The notes under the pieces are model-generated. The model was not told the origin of the DNA and ran no database searches. It saw only the letters and a list, made by a program, of their open reading frames with translations. A stretch of DNA of 64,000 nt from Carcharhinus longimanus (Eukaryota), in the NCBI GenBank assembly GCA_030264375.1, contig JASCQW010000139.1, forward strand, positions 3,765,619 through 3,829,618, read 5' to 3'. Position numbers and translations under genes: made by a program. How positions within the stretch are numbered: the first letter of the stretch is position 1; every line of letters starts with the position of its first letter. Positions 21,889 through 35,758 of the stretch are shown piece by piece.

Positions 21889-24800
21889 CTTCATCAAAAT
21901 GTAGTTCTACAATAGTATACAGCGTTTTCATACTGAATTTGATATATCCTCCACACAGCAAGAACTGCTCACCATTCACATTTCCATCTCTGAAAACATT
22001 GAAAAACACACACCAACCAGTTAGTGTTGAGCTTTCCCTGCGCGGAAGGAAAATTTAAGGTTTTTAAACCCCCTCGATTTTTTTTTTAAAATCAAGAAGC
22101 CCGGTCATAAATTATGAAGTTTCATACATCAATATCAGACAAGTGACCATTTACCTAAACAAGACACCAGATGGCTGCTGATAGGGGGCATATTCACTAA
22201 GATATAGATGTTGCTTCACTCTACCCTTTATAAGCACCTGTGGTGTGTCTTAGTTTAGATTCACCTGCTTCTAGCAATGAAGCAAGAAATGGATACTCCA
22301 CAATCGCACTCCTGTTAATTAATACTGGTTCAGCCCCTTGCAATAGTGTTTTAAGAGTCTTGTACAGAGAGCTTCAATGGGTCATTCAATCTGTCAATGC
22401 ATTGGCAAGTTTCTTGGTCCAGCATGATAAATCGCATTGTCACTTGAAGACTGGGGGAGGAGTCAGAAAGAGAGACATCACCTGTATGTCCAAGTCACTC
22501 TTCTCTACTAAGAGCTAGACTACCTAGAAGTCTCTGCACTGCTAGCTGACAAGGATAGTTCAAAGAGCAGAGGTACAAGAATGTGCATACATGGCTCTGA
22601 GCACTAAGGACAGAAATGCAAACCTGGGTGGGGTGGTGGCAAGCACATCATAGCTTATTTAAAACAATTTTGACAGGATTCTATAGTTTGCAGAAGTGGG
22701 ATAAGCTTTAAAAACCCAATAGATACAGCTGCTACCTACTACTGAGTGCACAAACAGGTGGTCCCAAGTGAGTTGGATTTGCCTGGGTCAACTGGACAAC
22801 ACTACAATCCCAACTCAAAGGGCACACTGCTCTGCAAGATCAGCCACTGACAAGACACAGAAGTCACATCAGTAGATGCTTTCAAATAGCGGCATAGTGA
22901 AGTCAACATTTCGGTGTGAGAGCTGATAACAGACTGTGAGGGGGATCTGGGCAGGTGGGGCCTAGGAAGCATATGCCTGAAGAATGCAGAGTTTACAAAA
23001 ATACACTCGCACTCAAGTACTTCTGACAAACAGGTCTGTAAAAAATAACATGGTAGATTATTCATGACGATTGGGTACAAATTCTTAACAAAAAAGGTGC
23101 TGTCTCCCCCCCACACCCCAGGAAAGGGGTCTCACAATAAAAGGTTCTGCTTCAGAAATTGGCACTTTTGCTACAGGTTTTAGGCCCCAGTCTTGTCTAT
23201 TTAATTTCACATAAAAACTAAATCATCCACCTGCGTACATATCATTGCAGCTCCTGCTCCAAACACATCCTACCCCTAGCTTGGTGCCAATCAGGTGCAG
23301 TTTTTCATCAGTAACTCCATCAACTGCAATGTCTCCTGCAGATGGATCAAGTTTACCCGTAGCACATATAAAAGCAGCTTATATTTATGTTTTCATGTTT
23401 TTTTTTTAAACGAATACAGCAGCAGTCACCTCCACAATGGGCAATTGCAGCAAATAAGTTAAGCCAAGCTCTGTGGAGGCACCCTTTTCACATCGTAAGC
23501 AAAAAGAAAACAAAATTACAAGTGTTCATTTAGAATTAGGGCTTTTAGAACAAAAACACACTTTAAAGCTTCTCAAATTACCAGAACAGGCACAGGTCCC
23601 ATTCAAGTATGGTCATTGGATATTTGAAACCTTAGACTAGAGAAAACACATTAAATAAATACACTTTGATGTTAACACACTTATTTCCATCACCTCAACT
23701 TGCTCCTGCCTCCACCAGTAACAAGCCTACAAATTGTCAGCACTAGCTCTGAACACTGTTCAAACTTTCCAGGGCAACATCTGTAAGCTGATTCCACTGC
23801 TCTCTTCACAGTTCAAGTTGCCAGATGACTTGTAACTTCACAGGACTATTGCTTTTCTTTACTGAAATCCACAAAGACTGAATATTCACAATTCTGCCGT
23901 ATGAAGATTTCACGCTCCCAGCGCACATTAAAAATCCTAGTGACAACACAGCACAGCATCTTTGCAGATATTCAAATCCGTAGAGAAAAAACCTTGGAGG
24001 AACGTTATCCTTGAGCACGTAACATCTAGGGCACACAAGGAAAGGATACCAAGAGACAGCAATTCCAGGAGACCGGAATTATCACGACACCCTCCCTCTG
24101 TACATCATCTATGAACTAATTTTAAAATCCATTACTAAAGCTTCTTAGTTGAAAATTGAAAACACTGGATGGCAGTTAAACTGCTTTAGCAGGTCACAAC
24201 CTGTAAACGCTGTGAAATACTTTTCATCGGGAATAAAATTGATTTCCACAGCGAGGCCATGCATTTAACCACAATAGTCATCACTACACCCATCTGTGCT
24301 AGAAGTCAATTAATAGGATGCTCAGTTCTTCTGTCAAACATTACCCTTTCTTGATGTGCAGTGGGGCACGCCCCTTGACGGTGTGTGAGATTAAGTGATG
24401 TTACACTGGCCACTTGTCAAAAACGTATTGCGATTTTCTGAGACACAATACCTCTGTTCCTGCTTAAACCTCAGCCCTACTGACTACCACATCCAAAGAA
24501 CACTGCCATCTCCATGCACTTGCCATGCTGACTTAGCGTACAGATGTCAAGGGAACATGGAAAAGGGAATGCTCTTAACACTTGCCACCAAAATTAGCGA
24601 CAGACCCGTACATACCAGCATTTCACTTAGTGTTACACAGCTCAAAATACTCACCAGCCACAGCTAAAATTCAGAAAGGTTTAATCTACCATTGCTCTGT
24701 TGAGTGATGAACAGAGGAAAATTTCAGAGAAAGTTGCTTGATACTGAAATCTAGTGACAACACTGAAATCTAATGGCAAACCAGATGTTCTATCATCTCA

Positions 24801-27800
24801 AAGTCTTAAAAGTCTCCCATCTAGAAAATGAATCTCTCATTAATTCGGTTCTGAACACAAACCAGCTGGTGGCAAGAGCAATATTGTATCAGGGTTGGAG
24901 TCCAACAATTGTAATCGTGATTTATCAGATTGAATTATTACGGTGCATGGGCGGCAACAGCAGCTACATAAAGAACTGCTAAAACAACCATGGTGGTTAT
25001 TAATGTAACCTTTCAAAATTTATGGAAGTGGGTCCCTGCCCCGCCCCACAACACCCACTCATCGCACAGGGGTTCAACAGTGGTTTAATATAAATTTTTG
25101 TTATTTCCCTTACTGATGCTGTTGGGTCGGAGATTGTGTGCAAGGGGACAAGAGTCAGCAGAAAGAAAATAATAACAGGAAATGCTGCACAGTTGATGAA
25201 CAGTCACCACCCGCTATCAGACTTTGTGATATTCCTTTATATACAAACAGGCACCACTTCAGTGGCTGTCCAGCAGCATTGACACTGCAGTACTCTTCAT
25301 GATGACCTGACCAAGCTCATCAAATAGTGACTCCAATCACAAGTATTTAGCATATTACTAGTCAACATCAGTAAAGCTTTGAAGCCTTGAAAGACAGTGT
25401 GGGATGGGGAGGGGGTAAGAAAGAGAGAGGAGAAAAACTTTTACAGCCCTGAACTATTGAACAAAATATTCCAAATCTAATTCTTCTGTTTCTTAAGAGA
25501 ACCACTCGAGAACGATTGTTGCTATCCAACAGTAGTTTTGTGCTGAAAACAATGCCAGCTTTCTATTTTCAAACCGTTACAACAAGCTCTGAAGAGAGCA
25601 AAGACTTAAGGCTTTTCAATGGGCTTGTGAGGGAGACCAATGACTTGCAGATGTCAATGGCAACACTCGCACACAACTGCTGCTACTCAGACCCTCACTA
25701 ACAGGCAACATTCATACAGAATTATTACACTTAATTTTTTTAAAGTTACAGTAGTATAGCAATATTCAGCCAGTGTATGGAAGAGAAAAATAAGAACGCA
25801 TTTAACACCTTTGTTGCCAAACCTGTCAGCAATTAAAATTGATCATCTGATAAAGGTCATTTTTGTTTACTAAGAACTACCAATGGAGATTATCTTTGCC
25901 TTGCAGGCAGACCGGTGATGAGGAATTAAGTATTGCATGGACATGGAATTCTTGGATGTATTCCAAGGACAGGTCTGCCACTGATGACCAGAATCACCCA
26001 CTTGATGTTGGGGAGAGCAGGGAGGCAAAATTAAATCATACTTTCAGTTTTTGCAGTTGTATTCCTTGTGATCTGAGCAGGATTTTTTTCAATTTTCTCC
26101 TTTCCAAAAATCGCTTCCTCTACCAAAGCTCTCACATGTTTCAGTCTGAACGCACTGGTGTTAGCATCCCTCTGGCACCTGCTCCTCAGTAGTTATTTTC
26201 CCAGTTCTAGCCCTGACAGCAAGTGTCATGTCATTTGACTGTGTAGGACATCACTGTTGAGACGCAAACATTCAACACCCACAAAAGGCTAATCAGTAGG
26301 TGGTCATTGGAGAGCAACTGGGAGTGGAGATCTGCAGAGAACATCTGTCCCAGGACAATAAAGTCAAATGCAGTGATCAGGAATACAACCTGGCACTCAA
26401 ACCCAGGACCCTCGCACTTGATGGTTTCTGCTGTTCATTTGCCATCAGGGAGGATTCATTAAATTTAAGACTTCATCTAAAGGAAGACTTAACTGCAGAA
26501 TCTGTTGTTGACTGATTCAATGCACAAATTTTGAGCTTACAAAAATCATTCATTGTGCGTTTGCTAGTTTTTTTTTAAGATAAAAATCATTCCTTTAATG
26601 TGGGCATCAGTGGCTAGGCCAGCATTTATTGTCCAATGTCATTTACCCTGAGGAGCTACAGGCAAGCTGCCTTCTTCCTAAAATACTGCACTCTTTGTGG
26701 CAAGTCGTGAGGCCACTATATTGGTGTGGAACTGAAGTTGCATACAGACCCACACCAGGTAAAGACAGTAGGCTTCGGTCCCCAAAAGGACACTAGTGAA
26801 TTAGTTGGATCAACAACCCCAAGGGCTTCATGGTCATTTTTAGTACAAGCATGCCTGGTGCAAGTCAAAAGATGTCTCCTCCCAGCGCTGCAGGTTTTTG
26901 AAGGCACAAGATTACACAATGGCAAACCTACATAAGTCAGTAAAGCATGGAGCGAGGAGGAACTTTATGAGCAGATGAAAGTTTTCATGGTTCAATGGGT
27001 CACAGTGATCATATGATTTAGCGAATCACTACCTCTCCATGCAACACTAAGATTTGCAGTATGATATCTGGGTGTAAACTAAAACCTAAAATACTTAACA
27101 GCACTGAGTATTAATTGGGATAGTGCATGCCAGTCTCCATGGACCATAAATACAGGGATTTCAGCAATACAGACTCTACAAACTGCATAACCTGATGCAA
27201 ATAACCAAGAAGCTGCTCCCTCAAACTACCAATACCTATCATCCTGGTAGTGTGTGCGCTTTACTCAAAAGGCACCCTGGAGTAAGTCACCCTCCACACA
27301 ACGTGGTGACTTCGTCTTTCTTCCCATCCTGATCCCCAAAACAAAAGCCCCAGCCTTCTCCAGTCAGCTCTGGTTGGATAAAGAGAGCTGGTCAGTGTTA
27401 TTGGCCCACTGAGGGGAAGTCGGCATTTCAACTGCCCTTCATTGCTGAGTCCAGAGGCTTTTAGTCAATTTCTTCACTTGCCCTTCAATTCTCTCCATCT
27501 GCCCTAAAAATAATGAAGTGGGAGGGGGGAGGAGACACAGAAAAGGGTGACGGGAAAGCACAAAAGGTTTTTTAAATAAATTACCATAAAACCCAGACTG
27601 CACTGTCATCTGCAGTGACAGTTCTTCATTTTGCTTTGAAACTATGGCCTATTTTGATCACACTGCAGAAAAAAATAAACAGCTCTGTAGATTTAAATGA
27701 GTTTTCAATCTGTCACTTCTTGGGTCATAAATATCACTCTGAACATTTTCCCTCCCGGTGACAGTTCTGCAAATGGATCATCCATCAGGGTTAAATAGAA

Positions 27801-28463
27801 CTCTGCAGTTCAGAGATTACAGAGGCTGCTACAAGTCAGCAGCACACATGGGATACAAGAGGGAAGGAAGCGGGGCTGGGGGGGACCACTAAAATTGTTG
27901 AGCAGAAGCCACATGACCACAAGTTGCTGGTCGGAAAACAGTACAGCGGATGCAAAAAAAATTCAGAATAAATATGCTGACACGCTGTAAAGTGGGATAA
28001 CAGGGCTCCTATGTCTCTCTCAAGAACTACTAATGGGTACAATTCTGCAGATTTACACGAAACCTTGCTAGTGCTAGCGAATGATGTGAGGACACTTGCC
28101 AGATAATTCAACAGCTGCCATCAGCTTTTCACACCTCACTTCAAATCAAAGATTCTGGCACTGCAGATGTTTTTGCAAGATTGCATCTGTTTTGCATTCT
28201 TCCCCCCTCCAAGCCTGTCACTGATGCCAATTTCTAATCACATATCAAGGTGGTGGCTAGACACACAGACTTCAATCTCATGAAATATTCTTCCTTACGA
28301 AAAGGGAGAGGAAAAAAATTGCGAAAAAGTTTCTAAAATAAATAAAAGGCTTTTTTAAAAAAAATCACTGACAAGTTTGGCAATCATAAGGCATTAACAC
28401 AAATAACATGATCCAAAATTGCTGTTAAGACTGACTAGAGCACCACAGTTACTCGAACCCAGC

Positions 28464-29800
28464 TCATCTGTACACATGATGGTGAATATGACTATTCTGA
28501 TTAAGATTTGGTTCTGGGCCTCGGCCGGAGTGCCTGTGGACCTTCCCCAGCATCCCCATAGTCTGATCCCTAAAGCAGGAGTTCTGGTATTCCCCGCCTA
28601 GGTAGTCCATGGTCTGCAGGATATTGGTTTGGCTGGAGGAACCAGCTCCAGCTCGAAAGTGAGTCCCCGCCACACAGTCCACTGGGCCCGAGGCTCCTCC
28701 GTGAAACACCATCCCCAGGTCCTGGGACCCGGAGCTGTCACTGTTGGGAGTTGGAAGGATGTTGTTCCATATTGGCTGGAAGTACTGCCCGTTGGAGTAT
28801 GGTAGAGCCCCCTGGATTCCGTTGACTGGAGGCGAGGGCGACAATTTATCCCCGGGAACTTTCAGGTTGTAAGGCTGGCCCAGGCAAAGCTCAGCAGGGT
28901 AACTTAATGTCTTGCTGGTGAATCCAGCTCCAGAAATCTCTCGGTGGAGCTTGGTGGGATGCCCTGTGCCAGCAGTGTCTCTGGTCAGATGTTGCAACTG
29001 TGCCAATTGGTGCTGATGCCACGTGGCAGAATCTATGTCATTCTGGTAGGCCGCTTGCATCCTGCTCATATTGCCCATGGCAACACCACTAGGGGCAATG
29101 GCTGTCATGGCGATGGTCGGGTCGCCTGGATTTACAATGCATGGGGGCAGGTGACCCGGTACACTGTGGCCAGACACCCGGGTGCTGGCGTGGATCAGCA
29201 CATTACGGCTGATGGGGCTGGGGTTGGCGATCTGTCCCTCACAGACTGAGGTAGTGTTAAGGCCCGCGCTGGCCTGGCACATCTGGTATATCTGGTGCAC
29301 AATGCTGTTCAAGTCAGAGGGCCTGTTCTGCTGCAGGTTAGCAGCCATGGAGAGCGGAATGGTTGAGGTAGACACCGTGACGTTGGGAGGGGCATCCCCG
29401 TCTGGGCGCATCTTCCTGTATCCATGTAAACCCGGTTGCAGCAACATGTTTTGGGGGTGGGATAAAGTGCTAGGTGCAGCGTATGGGGCAGACGGAGGGT
29501 TCATGTCTGGCAGCAACCTTGCGCGGGTTCCGTCGAAGTCTTTCACAATCCTTTTCGTGGGCAGCTTGACAATTGCGAGTAAACCACGATGGGAGCTGGC
29601 CTGAGAAGGGTAAGGGCTAAATCGCTGGCCTGAAGTATCCAAACCGTTCACTGTTCGACGGAGATGTTTCCTTTGTGGTACTTTGACACTGTTTGGAAAG
29701 ATTTTTATAGTCAGCGGATTGTTGGCAACTTTCTTAGCATATGCATCCAATTCTGCTGGGGTTGGGTACTGTGCAGATCTCATCTTCTGTGTATTTTCCC
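28464..29800 (-). CDS. FAM222B: FAM222B, large terminal coding exon (about 444 aa)
   Basis: QKMRSAQYPTPAELDAYAKKVANNPLTIKIFPNSVKVPQRKH, DAPPNVTVSTSTIPLSMAA, CEGQIANPSPISR, WNNILPTPNSDSSGSQDL and C-terminal ...YR match FAM222B as recalled. Minus-strand acceptor ttttttcattcatag|GG at 29801 gives a phase-1 split Trp, so the ORF-track N-terminus MSLIYLFFSFI is intronic. Confidence 0.93.
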
Positions 29801-30232
29801 CTATGAATGAAAAAAATAGATAGATAAGTGACATGGAAAATCAAGAGGGCCATTCCTCAGTTTGTTTAGTCATTCAGCTTGCTCTGGCTGTTAGATTACA
29901 AGGTGAGCTATCAGGAGAACAGTATTTCAACTATTTTCCCCTTCAGAAAGTAAAAGCAACAGATTTTAACCTCCCCAAACGGGTCTCAAGATGAAAACCT
30001 AGCTGAAGTAGAGACATTTGACACTGAGCAATAGCCGACAGTGTGTAGTCGGTTGCACTCATTGCCGAGTCAGAAAATTTGAGCCTATAATCCAGGCTGA
30101 GACTCATGTCACATTGACAGAGAGTGCTGCACTGTCACAAGTGTTTTTTTTTGGAAAATATTTAAATTGAGGCCCCATTTCCACTGCCAGGTGGTAAAAT
30201 AGCTGCCATGTTTCCTACATTACATTTCATTG

Positions 30233-30515
30233 AATCTCTACAGTTCAGGAGGCTGCCCTTTGGCCCATTGATCCTGCACTGACAACAGTCCCACTCAGGT
30301 TCTATCCCCGGAACCCCATGTATTTACCATGCTAGTTTCCCCCCCCACCGATACTTCGGGAAATTTAGCATGTCCAATCGATCTAACCAGCACACCTTTG
30401 GACTGGGGGAGGAAACCCATGCAGGGAAAACCTGCAAACACACAGTCACCCAAGGCTGCAATTGAACTCGGTCACCTGGCACTATGAGGTAGCAGTGCTA
30501 ACCATTGTGCCACCC
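30233..30515 (-). mobile_element. HE1-like SINE, type A
   Basis: gcagtgctaaccattgtgccaccc is the reverse complement of the head. Confidence 0.8.
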
Positions 30516-31674
30516 TTGGCTGACGCAAGGCCATAAAAGGANNNNNNNNNNNNNNNNNNNNNNNNNNNNNNNNNNNNNNNNNNNNNNNNNNNNNNNNNNN
30601 NNNNNNNNNNNNNNNNNNNNNNNNNNNNNNNNNNNNNNNNNCCACCCTTGGCTGACGCACGGCCATAAAAGGAGTAATGCAAATCCTAATCTCTCTTATC
30701 ATCTTTTATAATTAAAGCTTCACCCTCAACCATCTTCAATAACCTCTATAGCAACATCCTGCACATTCTTTGCAAGATCCTCAGAGACTTGAGTTAAAGT
30801 TCAACCCGTTTCCTCCTGCAGCTCACACAGCTCTTCAAAATGTGAAGCTTTTACTCTGTTTTCCTTCTGTAACATGAACAGCTGTTGGCAAATCATCCTG
30901 ACAGAGGCAGTTACTAGTCAGATTATTTAGTAAACTCTAAAACGTCTCATGTAGGGCCCCACCTCAGTGACCGGATGGAGATAATTCAAATCACCCAGTG
31001 CTGTGGATAAGTACATGAACAATGTGAATCAAAAACCCAATTCCTCCATTAGCTTCTCATGCTGTGCCTCAGACCCTTAGCCACATTCAGCCAGAGATTT
31101 TTTATTTTGCTTTCTTATTGTGCAACCAAGCTCATTTAATAATCCTCCCTCTAGCAAATTCTTAACACCCAAGTTCTCCTCCACCAATATCTAGGGATTT
31201 GTCTGAATGAAGCCTTAAAACAATTAACACAGGGGGACACATCAAGACAGAAAATTTTTATGAGGTGAAATGACCTCCTGGTCAGTGACAGAGGTGCAAT
31301 GAAAAGCATTCACTCCAGAGTACAGTCAATTAAAAGCAGCAGCTCAGGCTGCAGTGCAAGTAATGCCAGTGTCAGCCAGTTGTGAGGGTTGAAAATACTC
31401 CACTTACTGCTTGAGGACAAAAAGAAAATCAAGTTTCAGCTTTAAAGATCCACTCTGGAGAGTAAAGATTGGCTTGCAATGGCTTATATTTGAGGCATGA
31501 TAACAGAACAAATGGAGTGCACAATGAGCCATTAGGAGCGCAGTTCAGAGTTAAAGTGTTTGATCCATGAACATTGTGCAATGCTTTAATCTCATTATTC
31601 ATACTCTGATAACGTAATTTGCCCTGAAACACAAAATGCATGCTTTGTTTCATGGACTACTTTATGAATGAGTC

Positions 31675-31808
31675 ATGATGTGGAGATTCCGGCATTGGAC
31701 TGGGTAAACATAGTAAGAAGTCTTGCAAGACAAGGTTAAAGTCCAACAGGTAGCTTTTGCTACCAATTAAACCTGTTGGACTTTAACCTGGTGTTGTGAG
31801 ACTTCTTA
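31675..31808. mobile_element. Penelope-derived palindromic element (same family as 21488)
   Basis: aggttaaagtccaacagg ... cctgttggactttaacct inverted arms within 31714-31808. Confidence 0.65.
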
Positions 31809-31934
31809 TTATGAATTAGTGACATGGAGTCTTTACTTACATAACTCTGCAAACTGGGCAAAGTGGAAATTAAAAACGCAGAGTAATACACAGAAAACAA
31901 TTTCATAACATTAGGGAGATCGCCAATTTAAGGG

Positions 31935-32210
31935 AAGGCAGTGATGTAGTATTGTCACTGGACTAGTAATCTAGAGATCTAGAGTAATGCTCTGGTGAAT
32001 TTTGAATTCAATTAAAATCAAATTAAAAAGCAGATAGTCAGAAAAGCTCATCTGGTTCCTAGTGTTCATTTGGGAAAGAAATCTGCCATCCTTACCTGGT
32101 CTGGCCTACATGTAACTCCAGGCACACAGCAATGTGGTTGACTCAAATGTTTTCCGGGATGGGCAATAAATGCTGGCCCAGTCATCTACGCACATATTCC
32201 ATGAATGGAT
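31935..32210 (+). mobile_element. tRNA-type SINE of a third family
   Basis: gtcactggactagtaatc..aaatctgccatccttacctggtctggcctacatgt..gggcaataaatgctggcc; further copies at about 40690-41480, 44695-44980, 43525-43805(-) and 26590-26830(-). Confidence 0.7.
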
Positions 32211-32261
32211 TATTTTTAATTCACTACCTATTTAGCATATTGGCTGTCAGTCAGATATGTA

Positions 32262-32765
32262 CAGACTTTACATACACACCATAGAAAGCATTCTTTCTGG
32301 TTGTTTCACAGCTTGGTATGGCTCCTGCTCTGCCCAAGATCGCAAGGAACTACAAAAGGTCTTGAATGCAGCCCAAACCAACATACAAACCAGCCTCCCA
32401 TACACTGATTCCATCTACACTTCCCACTGCCTCGTCAAAGCAGCCAGCATAATTAAGGAACCCATGCACCCTGGACATTCTCTCCTCCACCTTCTTCCTT
32501 CAGCAAAAAGGTGCAAAAGTCTGAAGTCACATACCAACAGACTCAAGAACAGCTTCTTCCCTGCTGCTGTCAGGCTTTTGAATGGACTTACCTTGCATTA
32601 AAGTTGATCTTTCTCAGTACCCTAGCTATGACTGTAACACTACATTCTGCACTCTTTTTCTTCTCTATGAACAGTATGTTTTGTCTGTATAGCACGCAAG
32701 AAACAATACTTTTTGCTGTGTTAATACATGTGACAATAATAAATCAAATCAGAAAAAGCAAATCA
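32262..32765 (+). mobile_element. Rex1/Babar-type LINE 3' fragment
   Basis: TIESILSGCFTAWYGSCSAQDRKELQKV..HPGHSLLHLLPS..RLKNSFFPAAVRLLN, then 3' UTR and aatcaa-type tail. Confidence 0.9.
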
Positions 32766-34437
32766 AAATTGGACTGGCTGGCATGCTAGTCAGCCTTTTC
32801 AGTAAAAAAAGTAGAGGTTTCCCCTAATGTTGGTAGAACAGCCATCTGCACTAGTTCAGGATTAAAGTAAGACTGACATTTTGGAGCAGATTTAAACCCT
32901 TCCCATTACCTCAAAATGACTGTTCATCATAAGACAGAATCCCAATGAAAAAGATGCTCTGACAACATGCTATTGGTGCTGGAAGTACAGAATGGAAAAG
33001 GAGATGAAATATGCACCTCAGATAGGAGGTTAAGACCAAACCTTCTGACCAGGTGGGGAGAAAGGGAAGAACAATAGCACGGAAACCTTTTTATTTTCAG
33101 CAATCCTTTAATGGGGACAATATTAGCATAGTTTTATAAAAAAGGGGGGGGGTGGTTAGTGACAGTGAGAAATGTTCAGTTCCCCCTGGAGTGCCCAGTA
33201 TCAGCACTTCAATAAAAGTGACTTAAATAAAACAGACAATGGAAACTGAATCTAAACACTTCAAGCTCCCCCAGGGAAAGTCTGAAATGGTTTATTTAAA
33301 AGTGACTGAAAGATCAAAAGGATTCTCATGGAAACACACCTCAATTGCTACATCTGTGGAATGAAAGACTTGCAAGATGCGTGCCACAACTCCCAGCATT
33401 CAGGGGAAAAAAAGAATTTTAGCACCAGCAATTCAAGCAGTTTCTAAGAATACAAGTATTGAGACATTGGGAGGGGTCCCTTTTTCAGGTGTTCAGTCAT
33501 TTCACCTTGCTGCTGTAAATATCACCACCAGTATTTCAAGCCAGTGTTACACAATGTCTTCTCTAGGCAATTCAAGTTTGGATGGACAAAATCTTGTAAA
33601 ATGATCCCTTCTGCTGTGTACTTGCAGTTCAAATGGATCCAATACAAAAAGATATCACTGCCATCATCATGCTTCATTGAAATGTTCGAGACATAGCCGG
33701 TTTATCTTCCCTACCTATCAATGTGATAACAGATGGAGGAGGTGCAGCACAGAATTAACTAGGGCACACATGCACGTGCACACAAGCACACCATTTTATT
33801 CCAGCTATCCTCTGATATAGTGGCAGAAGTAATATAGGATGGAATTTACAAAGCTCCATTTAACAATGGGTCCTGAACTCATTCAGACTTCAACTGATTA
33901 AAAGCCCTGGTGGAGTTCAGCACTTCTATCACCAACAGATGTTGGGAGTTGGCAAAAATTAGCACACAAACTCAATATCCCCTTACCACACTGGAGGGAG
34001 CGTTAAACAATTTACACCCATTCACTACTTAGTGAAACAATAGAAATTAAAGCATCAATGCGACAAGACATTTGTCAGCAAGCTGTTGTTGGATAATTCT
34101 CTAGACTGGCAATCGGTTATGACAGAGTAAGAAGTCTCACAACACCGGGTTATCAATCGGTTATGAAGCAGACTTGATCCACGCCCATTTCCTTTTTAAA
34201 TGCAACATTAAGGCTTTGGGGGTAAGCAAACCTCCTCTCCAGCCCAAACTGTTGCTGCTGGAAACTGCCCCAGGGGTTTTTGCTCAAGCTGGTTTCTGCT
34301 TTTCACCTTCAATGCTGCAGTGTGGAAAGTGAAACCCGTACAGTTTCAAGACTTGGGGGCAGATGGGCAAGACATAGCTCATCTTCCTCAACATAAAACA
34401 TCTGATGCACCCACTCACTCAGCATCGCTGAAGCTGT

Positions 34438-34700
34438 CAGCTGTGGCTCAGTGGGAAGCATTCACGCCCAAATTAGAAGCACAAAAGTTAAACCTAACAC
34501 TGATGCAGTACTGAGAAAGCCCTATCCTGTTGGAAGGAGCTATCTTTCTTAGATAAAATATGAACTGAGGCCTTGTCTGCCCACTCAGGTGGATGTGAAA
34601 GATCCATAGCCTCTATTTTGATGGATAGGTGAGTTTTTCCCTCTGAGCTGGCACATCTCAATCAACACTGCATAAACAGATTATCTGCTCATGGGTAAAT
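34438..34700 (+). mobile_element. DeuSINE-like SINE
   Basis: gtggctcagtgg head; cagtactgag..gtctgcccactcaggtggatgtgaaagatcc core. Confidence 0.7.
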
Positions 34701-35507
34701 TGGATGCCACATTGACTAGATTTCACTGGCTGTACAGCACATTTGGTTGGAGGTGGGTGGGGGGTGGGGGGGGGGGGCGTGTCCTGTGGCCACAAAATAA
34801 ACTGGAAATACAAAAATACAACCTCTCTTTCCCAGTTGACTTCTAGCTTTCCATGGTGCCATTTACAAGCAATTGGTGATGTGGGTGGGAAGTAGGAAGT
34901 GATGAAAGCGGAGTCCAAAATAAACAGAAGCAAAACTAGGAAGGGAGAGAAAAGGGGGAGCTGGCAGAAGGCAATAACTAGTGGATGGTGGGGTCAGGTA
35001 CAGAACAACATTTAGGTTTGGTGGACTGTAGTCTATCATATAACTATGTAATATTTATAAAACTATGCAACTATAATCTCTTCTCAGCCTTTTGGCCAAG
35101 ATCAATTGTCAGGTCAAGCCTAAGATGGGTGGGGTGCAATGCCTCATCTTGTCAGCTTGGATCTTGCTTGCCTCCTTTGTGTAGACCTTGAATTGGATTT
35201 TGAATTTGGTCTGCAACTAGCAAGGAATGGTTTCGGGTCTAACCAGTCCACTCTGAGCACTGGCTTCGTAACTTTCAGAATGAGTAATAATTTAAAAACT
35301 ATAGTCTGCCACTGATGTAGGAGCAGTGGGAGAAAGGAGATGGTGTGGAGAGAACACAGTAAAATCAAGGGGAGTTTGTGTACTAGAATGTATAACTGGA
35401 AAAGGTTGCAGAGGTAAAGTGAGCATAACTGCAGAGTATTTAAACAAAAGGGTCTGTCCAAAATACTTCAACAATATATTCCCAATTATATAAAAGACGT
35501 TCAGCTA

Positions 35508-35758
35508 AAGTTTATTAATCACAAGTAAGGCTTACATTAAACAGTGCAATGAAGTTAATGTGAAATTTCTCTAGTCGCCACATTAGATGCATTGACCCAA
35601 ATAGGCACCGTAACCAGCCTGTCTTTCAGACTGTGGGAGGAAACCCAGACACGGGGAGAACATGCAGACTCCACACAGTGACCCAAGCTGGGAATCAAAC
35701 CCAGGTCCCTGGCACTGAGAGGCCCCAGTGCTAACCACTATGCCACTGTGCCACCCCA
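35508..35758 (-). mobile_element. HE1-like SINE, type B
   Basis: Reverse complement of the consensus. Confidence 0.85.

Noticed and set aside
27602-27622. Short hairpin actgtca-N7-tgacagt in the putative UTR
   Set aside because: A 7-bp stem is expected by chance and is too short for a pre-miRNA.
28944-29604. + strand ORFs of 101 and 140 aa
   Set aside because: Antisense shadows of the FAM222B coding exon.
29801-29834. ORF-track start MSLIYLFFSFI for FAM222B
   Set aside because: It is the intron's pyrimidine tract and acceptor; homology starts at the split Trp codon.
30510-30672. 32-bp direct repeat on both sides of a 100-N gap
   Set aside because: Cannot be distinguished from an unmerged contig overlap or a collapsed tandem repeat.
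32257-32601. 114-aa ORF as a host gene
   Set aside because: It is the C-terminal end of a Rex1-type LINE reverse transcriptase ORF.
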